A DNA stretch of 20,000 nt. Origin: an uncultured virus (IMG/VR IMGVR_UViG_3300005611_000010). Taxonomy: Duplodnaviria; Heunggongvirae; Uroviricota; Caudoviricetes. Position numbers and translations under genes: made by a program. The stretch is from the IMG/VR virus record IMGVR_UViG_3300005611_000010; one strand, written 5' to 3'. This document shows, piece by piece, positions 1 through 8,597 of this stretch (the first letter of the stretch is position 1; each line of letters begins with the position of its first letter). Under the pieces are notes generated by a model. The model was given only the letters and a program-made list of their open reading frames with translations. It was not told where the DNA came from and did no database searches.

Positions 1-1610
1 ACCTCCAAAGTCAATAAATATTCATTGACTACTATTGCTAAATCTTCAAAGGTTTTTGAAGCGTCGTTCAAATTTTTAATCTTGTTAAAATACTTTTCTA
101 CAGAACTTAATTCCCCAAGACCTGAAAAGTTAAAATACTCTGCGACTTCAGCCTCAAATAGTCGTTTTTGCGATTTTATGAAATTATCAGAATCCTTAAA
201 ACCAATTATGGCTTTTTTATTTGTTGTGTCAATCATACTAACCGAATCAACCAAATCTTTTAAATCAGAATACCCATCTACATCTATTTTCCGAAGTGTT
301 ACATTCAAATTTTCATAACTTTCAACACCAAGGCGTATAATAAGGTCTTGCTTGGACATATATAATTTCATAAATCTATTTTTTGCCCTTGCATAAGCAT
401 ATTCAGCCGCACAATTTTTCCAAGCATTCACTTTGATTGCAACAATCCTTTTACTTTCATTCATTACCCCTTTGGCTGTTTGGGATGAACCCATAAGTTT
501 CCTATTCTCTACTTGTGACTGTATTTCATATAGAAAGGGCAGTATATTTTCTTCGTATCTTTTGTTTAAATAGTACGGAAGTTGAAATTGGCTTTCACAC
601 GGTTGGTCTTCAAGCATTTCTTTGGTGCGCTCTGCTTCTTTTTGTAGGTTTTCGTAAGTTTCTTTTTCTTCGGGTTCGGTAGCGTCTTCTGCGGCTTCTT
701 TGGCACGCTCGGCTATTTCATCAAGTTCGTCTTTACGCTTTTCGTTTGGTGACTTTTTAGGCTCTTTTTTGCCCTCTTCTTCACCTTCGCCTTCGCCTTC
801 GCCTTCACTTTCGCCTTCGCCTTCGCCTTCGCCTTCGCCTTCACCTTCACCTTCGCCTTCACCTTCGCCTTCACCTTCACCTTCACCTTCGCCTTCACCT
901 TCACCTTCACCTTCGCCTTCACCTTCACCTTCACCTTCGCCTTCGCCTTCACCTTCGCCTTCACCTTCACCTTCGCCTTCGCCTTCGCCTTCGCCTTCAC
1001 CTTCACCTTCGCCTTTTCCTTTACCTTTTCCTTTGCCTTTGCCTTTTCCTTCGCCCTCGCCTTCACCGTCGCCTTCACCTGCTTCGCCTTCTCCTTGGTC
1101 TTGACCTGTTCCTTTGCCGTCGCCTTGGTCTTTTCCACCCATACTTCGACCTTCGGAATCCATTTCTTTTTGGCTATTGTAAATGTCGTCGTTTTCGTCT
1201 TTGATTACATTTGGATTTATGCGACCATCAAACTCTTCATCTGTCGGTTTTGCGTTTGTTAAATCCAAGTCCCCTGTATCAATATCTTTCAAGTCATTTA
1301 AAATATCTGACAAGTCTTGATTTTCGTTTTGCTGAATTTTATCAAGTATTTTTTGAACAGATTCATCTACGTCTTTATCACTCTCTTCGACATCGCCCTC
1401 TTCATCTTGAACTAATATAAGGTCTTCAGCCCTTTTAGATGCAATGTATTTGGGGTAAGCAGTTCTTGCCTCTGCAATTTGTTCAGGTGACAAGTCCAAC
1501 GTCATTAACAATGCGTCGAAAGCCCTTTGGGTAGGAACGACGTTTTTAAACATCTCCCGATTGTATCCCAATTGGTCTGCTATATTGTCAATTATTTCGT
1601 TTGCGGTCAT
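1..1610 (-). CDS. Large acidic hypothetical protein with a Gly-Glu repeat linker; 3' end runs off the window (>=536 aa)
   Basis: Translated by hand. The ATG at 1610 overlaps the upstream TGA (ATGA) and the frame stays open to position 1: [35 protein letters not shown]...[10 protein letters not shown](GK)6(GE)n...[39 protein letters not shown]...[13 protein letters not shown]. It is absent from the ORF track because it has no stop in the window. Confidence 0.9.
   Translation of the reverse strand, partial: MTANEIIDNIADQLGYNREMFKNVVPTQRAFDALLMTLDLSPEQIAEARTAYPKYIASKRAEDLILVQDEEGDVEESDKDVDESVQKILDKIQQNENQDLSDILNDLKDIDTGDLDLTNAKPTDEEFDGRINPNVIKDENDDIYNSQKEMDSEGRSMGGKDQGDGKGTGQDQGEGEAGEGDGEGEGEGKGKGKGKGKGKGEGEGEGEGEGEGEGEGEGEGEGEGEGEGEGEGEGEGEGEGEGEGEGEGEGEGEGEGEGEGEGEGEGESEGEGEGEGEEEGKKEPKKSPNEKRKDELDEIAERAKEAAEDATEPEEKETYENLQKEAERTKEMLEDQPCESQFQLPYYLNKRYEENILPFLYEIQSQVENRKLMGSSQTAKGVMNESKRIVAIKVNAWKNCAAEYAYARAKNRFMKLYMSKQDLIIRLGVESYENLNVTLRKIDVDGYSDLKDLVDSVSMIDTTNKKAIIGFKDSDNFIKSQKRLFEAEVAEYFNFSGLGELSSVEKYFNKIKNLNDASKTFEDLAIVVNEYLLTLE
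780..1049 (-). repeat. Hexanucleotide coding repeat (GGYGAA)39 = (Gly-Glu)n, preceded by (Gly-Lys)6
   Basis: 780-1013 is 234 nt, i.e. 39 hexamer units (38 GE plus one SE), varying at the Gly wobble position (GGT/GGC). 1014-1049 encodes six GK units. Confidence 0.95.
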
Positions 1611-3154
1611 ATTAAAATCCCTCCTTCTTCAAATCTGAAGTCATCCATAAATGAATTAAACGCTGTTTGATTTGGAAACTTTATTTGATTACTTCTAAAA
1701 ATTGCAAATGCTTTAGTTGTATGTTGTTTCCCGTTTATAATGTGGCTTGGATTGTTTTCCTCATACATAAATCCATCGAACACTCCTTGGTCACGAATGT
1801 ATTTCACCCAAGGATTGAACTGTCGAATCAACTGCCACGCACGAATCTTAATTCCAAAGGGCTCGTTCTTTTTCAACATTGCCTTAAATTTGCTTGGTAA
1901 GAAAGCGCGTAGGTTTGTTTGCGGGTACAATGCAATTACATAACGTATTGCTGTTCCCAAATCAATTTCTCTATATCCTAATGGCATTAAGTCAATAGGG
2001 TTTCTGCAATTGACATAAGCGCGAAGTATTACTGCATCTTTTTCATCTGCGGCAAATGCATTTTCTGCAAACCATTTAGCATATTCAAAATTTTGTGCCC
2101 AATAAAAAACAGAAACCTGTTCTATGGGTCTATAAGTTGTTTGATATTGTCGTCCACCGTGAAAATAAATTTCAGGGAACCCATTTTCATCAACCGCCTT
2201 TGAAACATTTACATAGTTTTTTGTTTCGCGGGCTAACACCCAATCACCAAACCAATCTTTAAACGCTTCGCTGTAAATAGCCTGATTAAAGGGTTCGTCA
2301 ATTTTTTTTGGATTTACAGGTACATCGGATGTTCTAATATTAAAAGCATTACCTGTTTCATTTAATGAATTTAAAAAATGGTCAATTCTTCCTCTTAAAG
2401 TCAAATTGAGCATACTTCTATACTCCGATAATTTTGTACTTGTTTTTGACAACTTACGGGCTAATTCATTAAACTTCACGTCATCCATACTTGGAGAAAG
2501 CAATGAAAGTTCTAAACGCATTCTGCCTATTGCGTTTGTGAGCAGTTCTATAATGTTTTTAACTTCTTGTAAACCCCGTTCGTTTAGTCCCCCATTCAAA
2601 ATTTGATTGTAGTTTGGGTTATTAGCCAATTCATCCAATTGACTTTTGATTTTTTCCACTTGGTCATTGAAGTCAGAATTTTGTGCTTCTGAAATAACTC
2701 CACCGTCGTCATAAATTTCACCACCTTTTTTCAAGGCAACTCCACCACCACTTTGATTGATATAAGAAAGAATTTCCTTGTTAGTCATTTGCTTTCCCAT
2801 AAACTCCCTTTTGGTTGTGTCGGATACAGCGTCTTTGGTTATAACCACTTCGCCACCCTCTACTTCAATAGGTGTGTTTGTGTCAACATTGACTGCTTTT
2901 ATACCGCCTTCGTCGTGTGACTTTCCGTGGAAAGTGCCACCGTGTTTAGCGTCCATAGTATTTCCCTTTTTGGTTTTAACTACCCCGCCAACAGCGAAAT
3001 TATCATCCATATAATATTTTCTATATGATTGGTCGTTTATTGGCATAATACCACGAATTTCGCGATTTTTTTTGATTAATTCATTATGTGCCATATCAAT
3101 GGGTTGGTGTTCAGCCCCAATGTCCTGTTTTTCGTTAAAAAATATTCCTTTCAT
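1607..3154 (-). CDS. Polyvalent-type protein with a C-terminal ART-PolyVal-like ADP-ribosyltransferase fold domain; possible virion-packaged protein
   Basis: The C-terminal half has the pattern AFKDWFGDW...SKAVDENGFPEIYFHGG...FYWAQNFEYAKWFA...AYVNCRNPIDL...FDGF...FAIFRSNQIK typical of ART-PolyVal domains. The N-terminal half has the GKSHDEGGI...EVEGGEVVI motif. Start moved from 3181 to ATG 3154, which overlaps the upstream stop at 3151-3153. Confidence 0.75.
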   Translation of the reverse strand: MKGIFFNEKQDIGAEHQPIDMAHNELIKKNREIRGIMPINDQSYRKYYMDDNFAVGGVVKTKKGNTMDAKHGGTFHGKSHDEGGIKAVNVDTNTPIEVEGGEVVITKDAVSDTTKREFMGKQMTNKEILSYINQSGGGVALKKGGEIYDDGGVISEAQNSDFNDQVEKIKSQLDELANNPNYNQILNGGLNERGLQEVKNIIELLTNAIGRMRLELSLLSPSMDDVKFNELARKLSKTSTKLSEYRSMLNLTLRGRIDHFLNSLNETGNAFNIRTSDVPVNPKKIDEPFNQAIYSEAFKDWFGDWVLARETKNYVNVSKAVDENGFPEIYFHGGRQYQTTYRPIEQVSVFYWAQNFEYAKWFAENAFAADEKDAVILRAYVNCRNPIDLMPLGYREIDLGTAIRYVIALYPQTNLRAFLPSKFKAMLKKNEPFGIKIRAWQLIRQFNPWVKYIRDQGVFDGFMYEENNPSHIINGKQHTTKAFAIFRSNQIKFPNQTAFNSFMDDFRFEEGGILI

Positions 3155-3567
3155 AATCCTGAATCTGTTTTCAAATCCCAACTTCCATAATGACCCGTTT
3201 CAGCCATTTTTTTAACTGCTTGCGGAAAAGTGTACTTGAAATATTTTGGTTTTTTTCGTTGTACGTTCCCCGCATAATAATAATCGTCTTTGAGCATCCT
3301 GATACTTCGTCCATTTGAAAAATCATAAACAAATAAATTGTCTTCAATCCAAGCGTGACCATATGGAAACCCCTGTAAAGCACCTTGACCTTCTACTTGT
3401 GCGTGAACCACATACGGTGTACCCGACCAATCTTCTTCGGATGGTGTAAGTCCTTTGGAAGCATAAGCCCTGATGTCTTTTTTGGAATCAGCCCGCATCG
3501 GAACCTTTTTGAAGTCCCGCAAAGCGATTAACCCCGCTACTTCATAACAATCACCTCTTCCCATCAT
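3151..3567 (-). CDS. Small Cys-His-Asp (transglutaminase/papain-like fold) protein
   Basis: GDCYE near the N-terminus, then GHAWIE and YDFSNG, match the C...HAWxE...D triad spacing of transglutaminase-like cysteine enzymes. Confidence 0.6.
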   Translation of the reverse strand: MMGRGDCYEVAGLIALRDFKKVPMRADSKKDIRAYASKGLTPSEEDWSGTPYVVHAQVEGQGALQGFPYGHAWIEDNLFVYDFSNGRSIRMLKDDYYYAGNVQRKKPKYFKYTFPQAVKKMAETGHYGSWDLKTDSGL

Positions 3568-3655
3568 CTTTTCTGTTTATCCACCAAAGTCTTAAAAATA
3601 AAACTACACCCACCGCCCAAGAAATTAACACGGCATTAATTAATGCTTGAGTCAT
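3551..3655 (-). CDS. 34-aa single-pass membrane peptide (not in ORF track)
   Basis: MTQALINAVLISWAVGVVLFLRLWWINRKDDGKR*. The ATG overlaps the TGA of 3652..4041 (ATGA) and the ORF fills the gap to the next gene. Confidence 0.65.
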   Translation of the reverse strand: MTQALINAVLISWAVGVVLFLRLWWINRKDDGKR

Positions 3656-4041
3656 AACAAATCATCATCTTGCACATAAGCCTTTTTCACAGGCTTTCCT
3701 GCTTTTTTCAACAAAAATTTATTTAACCGTGCAATACCCCAAGCCGTTCTGCTATTTGGTTTGCCGCCTGATATAGTGGGTCTATGCGTTGCGCTGTAGG
3801 CTCCCATTCCCCTGCGTACAACTGCTTTCGCTGTTGCTGTAGTAACTTTCTTGGTCGGGTACTTTTCGTTGTGAACGGATACCTTCATTTTAATGGTATC
3901 CAAAAGTGCATCATTGAATTTTATGGCTGAAGCAGAAGACTTGCTTGCCGCTGTTCCCGCCTTGTTAGTTTTCGAGCCCCGTATGCGTTCTTGCTTCGGA
4001 GCGGGTGTTTGACTTGCTGATTTTCTTCCTGCTCGTTTCAT
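3652..4041 (-). CDS. Basic DUF5824-like viral protein
   Basis: The motif AVVRRGMGAYSATHRP...AWGIARLNKFL resembles the VxxRGxGA...HRP...WxxARxNxF signature of DUF5824, recognised by eye. Confidence 0.6.
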   Translation of the reverse strand: MKRAGRKSASQTPAPKQERIRGSKTNKAGTAASKSSASAIKFNDALLDTIKMKVSVHNEKYPTKKVTTATAKAVVRRGMGAYSATHRPTISGGKPNSRTAWGIARLNKFLLKKAGKPVKKAYVQDDDLL

Positions 4042-4180
4042 TGGTATTTTTAGTGTAATTAAGCAATTTATTATTTCACATAATATGATTCTTCAACACT
4101 TTAAATACCTTCAACTCCCTGTGTGTATTACGGATATAAATTTATCCACACACTTTTAAATTACTATAGTTTCCAAATCA

Positions 4181-4221
4181 TTGGTATGCAAGCAAATATA
4201 TCGCATATTTGTAAAGTCAAA
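4181..4221. promoter_or_regulatory. Overlapping divergent Bacteroidota-type primary sigma promoters
   Basis: Minus strand: TTTG (4221-4218)-N17-TATATTTG (4200-4193). Plus strand: TTG (4181-4183)-N20-CATATTTG (4204-4211, one mismatch to TAnnTTTG). The two -7 boxes form the inverted repeat CAAATAT-atcgc-ATATTTG. Confidence 0.6.
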
Positions 4222-4238
4222 TTTAAGACAAAAAACTG

Positions 4239-4346
4239 ATGAATGGATTTTTCGACATCAAAAGTGCTAATTGGTTAGGTGGAGTGAATGTTCACAACAC
4301 GGTCACCATTGCTTTGCTCGCTTATCTCGTATATAAGAATCGTTAA
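4239..4346 (+). CDS. 35-aa peptide with a hydrophobic C-terminal half; lone plus-strand gene in the left arm
   Basis: MNGFFDIKSANWLGGVNVHNTVTIALLAYLVYKNR*. It has an A-rich leader, its own upstream promoter candidate and a downstream terminator. Confidence 0.6.
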   Translation: MNGFFDIKSANWLGGVNVHNTVTIALLAYLVYKNR

Positions 4347-4388
4347 GATTTTTATTCGAGTTTGCCTGTGCAAACACACTTGGGAAGC

Positions 4389-4421
4389 GGGCGTAGCGGA
4401 ATGTTACGCCCTTTTTCTTTT
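4389..4421 (+). terminator. Rho-independent terminator
   Basis: GGGCGTAGC-GGAAT-GTTACGCCC forms a 9-bp stem (one G-U) followed by TTTTTCTTTT. The U-tract is on the plus strand only. Confidence 0.8.
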
Positions 4422-4587
4422 ACCAATCGTCGGACATTTCGTCCAAACGCTTCAAAACTTCTTCTTTCAAGCCGCCCTGCGATTCAATAATGCGTCGATA
4501 GGTTTTTATCATTTTTACCAAAGCATTGTAAATCAAGTACCAAATTAAATTTGATACGATTAATAGTGTAATCCAAAACCAAGTCAT
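4420..4587 (-). CDS. 55-aa membrane-anchored hypothetical protein (not in ORF track)
   Basis: MTWFWITLLIVSNLIWYLIYNALVKMIKTYRRIIESQGGLKEEVLKRLDEMSDDW*. ATGA overlap with the glycosyltransferase stop at 4584. Confidence 0.7.
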   Translation of the reverse strand: MTWFWITLLIVSNLIWYLIYNALVKMIKTYRRIIESQGGLKEEVLKRLDEMSDDW

Positions 4588-5801
4588 CGCAAATGTTTAT
4601 TAAAAATTATTTGCCAAGATAAGGAAATTTTATCCCAATCGTATTTTTCTAATTGCTTGGTGTATTTGACATTTTTATTTGTGCTAATAAAACATTCCTG
4701 CATTCGTTCGACTGTTTCATTTATATCCAACTTGAATCTTACCCCTTCGCCATCAAAAATCTGAATGTGTTCGTGTAGGGTTTTAACGGGTTTGCCGTCG
4801 CCCTGCATTATTTCTTTGAATGATGTATGGTTCCCGTAGATAACAGGCAATTCACAACACATTGCTTCAGAAAGCGTCAATCCCCATCCTTCTGCCATCG
4901 ATGTGCTAATAAAGCAATCCATACAGTTATACACTTCGTTCATATCTGACGGAGTATATTCAGCATTCTTGTAGCGTTCTTCAAGTGGTAGAAAATAATC
5001 CTTGTTGAATTTCAAACCCAATCGCTCTGCGGCTTCGTGAATGTTAATTCCTGTTGGGTCGCTGTGGTAGGTGTGTAGATACAACACGGCATTGGAGCCA
5101 TATTTCTCTTTGAATCTTGCAAACGCAATCAGCGTGCTACCGATGTCTTTCCGTGCGTGGTTTTTGTTTACTGTCCCAAAGACGTATTTGTCTAAAGGTA
5201 GTTTGTACTTCTTGCGCAAGTTGGCTTTGTCGTCAATGCGATAAAAAGACTTTGTGTCGAATCCGTGTGGTATTACGTTCACGGACGTTTTTGAACGCTT
5301 TTGTATTTCCTTTTTAGCGTATTCTGTATAAGTCACAATTTCATCAAACTCTGAAATATCCTTAAACCAAGACTTCGGGGGAAGTGAATCTATCGGTGTA
5401 TAGAATATTACTTTGAATTCAGGATGTACGATTTGATTGTGTGTTTTAAGTGGCAACTGTCTTTTTTGCTCCCTGATGCGTTTTAACAACCCGTTCAATG
5501 GTGTGATGACAGGGAAGTCATTAAGTATCCATACAAGGTCATAAGGCTTGCTCTGAAGCAATTTCAAGAACCCATCCCTATACCACATATCTTTTTCATT
5601 TTGAGCGAACAGGCGGGCGTTGTATGCAGTAATATATTTGCTTACTATGACCTTTTCATTCTTGCCAAAATTGCTCGCACATATGTCGATTCGTACATTT
5701 TCCCGTTCGCACCACGCATCCAAACGGTTCACAACTTCTTCGGACACCCTGCTAAACCCTGAAGGAGCAAGGAAGTCACAGTAGAACAAAACTAATTTCA
5801 T
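4584..5801 (-). CDS. GT-B fold glycosyltransferase (GT4-like)
   Basis: N-terminal PSGFSRV, VIPHGFD, NHARKD, and the EX7E motif EGWGLTLSEAMCCELPVI. Confidence 0.9.
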   Translation of the reverse strand: MKLVLFYCDFLAPSGFSRVSEEVVNRLDAWCERENVRIDICASNFGKNEKVIVSKYITAYNARLFAQNEKDMWYRDGFLKLLQSKPYDLVWILNDFPVITPLNGLLKRIREQKRQLPLKTHNQIVHPEFKVIFYTPIDSLPPKSWFKDISEFDEIVTYTEYAKKEIQKRSKTSVNVIPHGFDTKSFYRIDDKANLRKKYKLPLDKYVFGTVNKNHARKDIGSTLIAFARFKEKYGSNAVLYLHTYHSDPTGINIHEAAERLGLKFNKDYFLPLEERYKNAEYTPSDMNEVYNCMDCFISTSMAEGWGLTLSEAMCCELPVIYGNHTSFKEIMQGDGKPVKTLHEHIQIFDGEGVRFKLDINETVERMQECFISTNKNVKYTKQLEKYDWDKISLSWQIIFNKHLR

Positions 5802-6112
5802 TTTATAATCTTCAGGGAGTCTTCTGATTTTGCATTGTCAATCAAAAATTTCTGATTTTGAACTTCACAGGTTTGAACGTAAACCACATTGTCCCCTTCC
5901 ATACCAATAAGGGCTCTTGAACAATGCGTAGTGCAATGCTCATAAACGGGCACAAAGTTGCCACCGTGTGACGGAACGATAGCAGGAGCGCACTTATGGC
6001 ATTTCACAGGATTACCGTCTTTAACAAGCATTTTGGCTTTGCGACGGACTTGGTCGTACTCTTCTACCGTGTAGACGTGAGTGAATTGGATTGGTTTTTT
6101 TTCAGTAGTCAT
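5798..6112 (-). CDS. Hypothetical protein, possibly Zn-binding
   Basis: 104 aa with CHKC and CTTHC motifs; translationally coupled to its neighbours. Confidence 0.65.
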   Translation of the reverse strand: MTTEKKPIQFTHVYTVEEYDQVRRKAKMLVKDGNPVKCHKCAPAIVPSHGGNFVPVYEHCTTHCSRALIGMEGDNVVYVQTCEVQNQKFLIDNAKSEDSLKIIK

Positions 6113-6114
6113 AT

Positions 6115-6411
6115 TTATTCATTTATTTTTTCAAGTGCTAATTCGCGAACTCCATCTTCATAGGTGGGTTTTGGATAAGCGTGTTTAGACATAATGTGAG
6201 TGAAATAGTGGTGGTTTTCAGGCTTGCCAAACAATAAGCAACAGGCTTGAAATTGCTGTTTAAATGCTCGTCTGTCTTCGATTACCGTACCGTCTGCTTC
6301 TCTTGCAAACCGCCAATAGTGTTGGGAATTGTAAACCATTTCCATCAATTGACTATTTGTCAAGTCCTTAATTGGACTTTTGTTGTAAAATTCTAATGTA
6401 ATTGCATCCAT
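6115..6411 (-). CDS. Hypothetical protein
   Basis: 98-aa ORF in operon context with an AT-rich leader. Confidence 0.65.
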   Translation of the reverse strand: MDAITLEFYNKSPIKDLTNSQLMEMVYNSQHYWRFAREADGTVIEDRRAFKQQFQACCLLFGKPENHHYFTHIMSKHAYPKPTYEDGVRELALEKINE

Positions 6412-6430
6412 AATCTTATTTTATAAAATA

Positions 6431-6673
6431 TTATTTTAAATCCCACATATAAATGGGTGTTTTTTCTCCGACGTAGGCTCCAAAGGTATTGAATTCTAAA
6501 TATTCAATAGCGTCAATCCTGTCCATACCGTCCTGCATAAGTATTTCTATCATTTTGCTTATGCTGTAAATCAATCTGTCCGACTTGACATCGAAACCGA
6601 TTACCGCTTCGTCAAATCCGTCTGCTTTCAGAAACTCGGTTTCTTCAAACTGTTCAATAAGGTTTTTTAACAT
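6431..6673 (-). CDS. Conserved phage hypothetical protein
   Basis: The pattern KADGFDEAVIG...LIYS..KMIEILM.DGM...DAIEYLEFN..GAYVGEKTP is one I recognise from aquatic phages; function unknown. Confidence 0.75.
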   Translation of the reverse strand: MLKNLIEQFEETEFLKADGFDEAVIGFDVKSDRLIYSISKMIEILMQDGMDRIDAIEYLEFNTFGAYVGEKTPIYMWDLK

Positions 6674-7434
6674 ATTAGGTTTTTTAAATTTTGTGGCAAT
6701 CCTGTTTCATCAAAATCAACCTCTTCAACAATGCTCGGTCTACGGAATAGGTCGTTTCCATATTTAATCGCTTTCAGGATATTGTCTTGATTATTGTATT
6801 CGGGTAAATTCAAATCTGTATGACTGAATGAATCAATCTTTGAAGCAATCTTTTCTGCACCACCAAAGTAAGTCAAGTGCCACCCACCGTTCTTTATTTG
6901 AACACAATAGTCTTTAAAACGACTACGCAAGTCTTCAACTGTCTTAAAGTTTTGTTTAAATGCGTTATAAAACATCATTTTAGTTCCTGACCAAATATTT
7001 GTTCCTACCCTGTATTTTAAACTGTAACGGTACATATCCATTATAAATACGCAGGGCTTATCAAATTCGTGTTTATAAGTAATCGCGCTATAATTTGGTA
7101 TTTCATCCACATCCGAATAGGAAATTAAATCGTCATCAAAACATATTTTACGAAATATTTTTTCAAAGTAATTTCTTTGGGCTATTTCATTGTTCCAAGC
7201 GTTTGCGTCATTGCCCCCTCGAAAGGTTCGGTAAATAATTTTGTGGCGAAACTTGGAAAACTTATGGCGATTCTTAAAAAAGTAAAGTGGTTTAGGTTTC
7301 CCTGAAAACGTATGCTTTGCTTCGACGACCACAAACAGGTCTACCTCGGCATTCAACATTTCCATCCTGAACAAAGCCATTTCTACTTCGTTAAAAAACA
7401 GGAAAGCATCAATCAGCCTTTTGTTTCTTATCAC
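6667..7434 (-). CDS. GT17-like glycosyltransferase (MGAT3/GnT-III-like family)
   Basis: DAFLFFNEVEM...VDLFVVVEAKHTFSGKPKPLYF, NEIAQRN, SDVDEIP and GGWHLTYFGG...KIDSFSH are the GT17 motif set. Start set at GTG 7434 (GTGA overlap). Confidence 0.85.
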   Translation of the reverse strand: MIRNKRLIDAFLFFNEVEMALFRMEMLNAEVDLFVVVEAKHTFSGKPKPLYFFKNRHKFSKFRHKIIYRTFRGGNDANAWNNEIAQRNYFEKIFRKICFDDDLISYSDVDEIPNYSAITYKHEFDKPCVFIMDMYRYSLKYRVGTNIWSGTKMMFYNAFKQNFKTVEDLRSRFKDYCVQIKNGGWHLTYFGGAEKIASKIDSFSHTDLNLPEYNNQDNILKAIKYGNDLFRRPSIVEEVDFDETGLPQNLKNLIC

Positions 7435-8114
7435 AGTAAAAGTAACGTCGCCCCCACCCCGACAATTATTCCAAACCAAGCCTTTTTATAAAAAGGTTCG
7501 GGCTTATCAATTATTACGTTGTCTATGATTGTAACCTGTGCTTCAGGATTACTTGACTTGACTTCAACAATAGGCTTGGGCTCTTTGAACCATCCTTGCT
7601 TTTCGTAACCTACGGTTAATCGAAGTTCGTTTCTTACCGTTATCGAATCGATAAAGAACTCTTCTTCACCCAAGGTTCCTTGGAAAAGATTCCAACTATC
7701 CCTATATTCAAGTTTTAAAGGAATTTTTATGTACACAGTAGTATCGTCTAATCCGTCATATGAAGTATCGACATATACAAGTCGCTCGACAGTATCGTGG
7801 TATATAACCGTTTTCCCTGAAACCGTATTCTGTACTCCCAATTTTGCTTGGGCTTGAACAGACTTCATATATTTTTCTTTTTCTATTTTTTCCAATGCAA
7901 GAGCATCCTTTAACGTAAGGATGTTTTGCTTTTGAGAAACAATTTGCTCACCGTTTTTTCCTAAACGGACTACTTGTTCGTTGTTAAGGTTTTGAAGTTG
8001 CTCAATCCTTTGACTGTCCTGACACATCTTCATTGTCAAAAGACATAGAATCAGAATCAGAATCAAAGTCGTTAAGTTTGGACGGTAGGGTGTAGTTGTC
8101 TTTTCCATATTCAA
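7431..8114 (-). CDS. DUF6549-like membrane protein with N- and C-terminal hydrophobic anchors (possibly spanin-like)
   Basis: N-terminal LILILILCLL, a predicted coiled coil, a DSW...SSNPEAQVTII segment resembling DUF6549, and a C-terminal KKAWFGIIVGVGATLLLL. The start could be 8114 or 8108. Confidence 0.55.
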   Translation of the reverse strand: MNMEKTTTPYRPNLTTLILILILCLLTMKMCQDSQRIEQLQNLNNEQVVRLGKNGEQIVSQKQNILTLKDALALEKIEKEKYMKSVQAQAKLGVQNTVSGKTVIYHDTVERLVYVDTSYDGLDDTTVYIKIPLKLEYRDSWNLFQGTLGEEEFFIDSITVRNELRLTVGYEKQGWFKEPKPIVEVKSSNPEAQVTIIDNVIIDKPEPFYKKAWFGIIVGVGATLLLL

Positions 8115-8361
8115 TTGGTACGCGTAAATCGTGTTTTAATTTGGTTGTAAAGTATTCGGGGGACATTTTATTAAAGTTTGCACAAATTATGTTTGCTTCA
8201 TCAAGTGTAAAAACAGAAGCGCATTCCATATGCTTCGTGGTAGAAAAATATGCGCCACCAATCGTTACGTCCAAAATATACTCCCCCACTAAAGACTGAT
8301 GCTTAAACGGGTTTTTATACAATACTTCGACGATATAGATTTTGGGGTCGCGAAAGGTCAT
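8002..8361 (-). CDS. Hypothetical protein with an acidic tail overlapping the downstream gene
   Basis: Start reassigned to ATG 8361 (ATGA overlap with the stop at 8358): MTFRDPKIYIVEVLYKNPFKH...DFDSDSDSMSFDNEDVSGQSKD*. Confidence 0.6.
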   Translation of the reverse strand: MTFRDPKIYIVEVLYKNPFKHQSLVGEYILDVTIGGAYFSTTKHMECASVFTLDEANIICANFNKMSPEYFTTKLKHDLRVPIEYGKDNYTLPSKLNDFDSDSDSMSFDNEDVSGQSKD

Positions 8362-8597
8362 AGTATCAATATTATTATTAGCATATAAAATGCAACCGCA
8401 ATGGGAGTCTGCCATCGCGCACAGAACCAATTCCACATATCCCTGTCACGTTTATGTGTTCGGTTAATTGCATCAATAAAATCTTCTGATTCGTGCTTTT
8501 CTACAATAGCAATGCGCACTTGTTGGATTGTGACATAAATAGCAAGCAATACAGCCGCGGGTAATTCAATCCATTTCACTAAAGTTGATTTTTTCAT
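8358..8597 (-). CDS. Small membrane protein with two hydrophobic segments
   Basis: 79 aa with hydrophobic segments LPAAVLLAIYVTI and PIAVAFYMLIIILIL; coupled to its neighbours by ATGA overlaps. Confidence 0.65.
   Translation of the reverse strand: MKKSTLVKWIELPAAVLLAIYVTIQQVRIAIVEKHESEDFIDAINRTHKRDRDMWNWFCARWQTPIAVAFYMLIIILIL

Noticed and set aside
700..1138. ORF-track proteins (SP)n on + and (KA/KV)n on -
   Set aside because: These are shadow frames of the hexamer repeat. Only the Gly-Glu frame is continuous from the coupled ATG at 1610 to the window edge.
4142..4150. Isolated DnaA box TTATCCACA as a second origin
   Set aside because: It is a single 9-mer in AT-rich DNA with no iterons, and it is also explained as one arm of a local hairpin.
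4288..4548. 86-aa plus-strand ORF from the track
   Set aside because: It crosses a clear terminator and conflicts with two better-supported small genes (4239..4346 + and 4420..4587 -).
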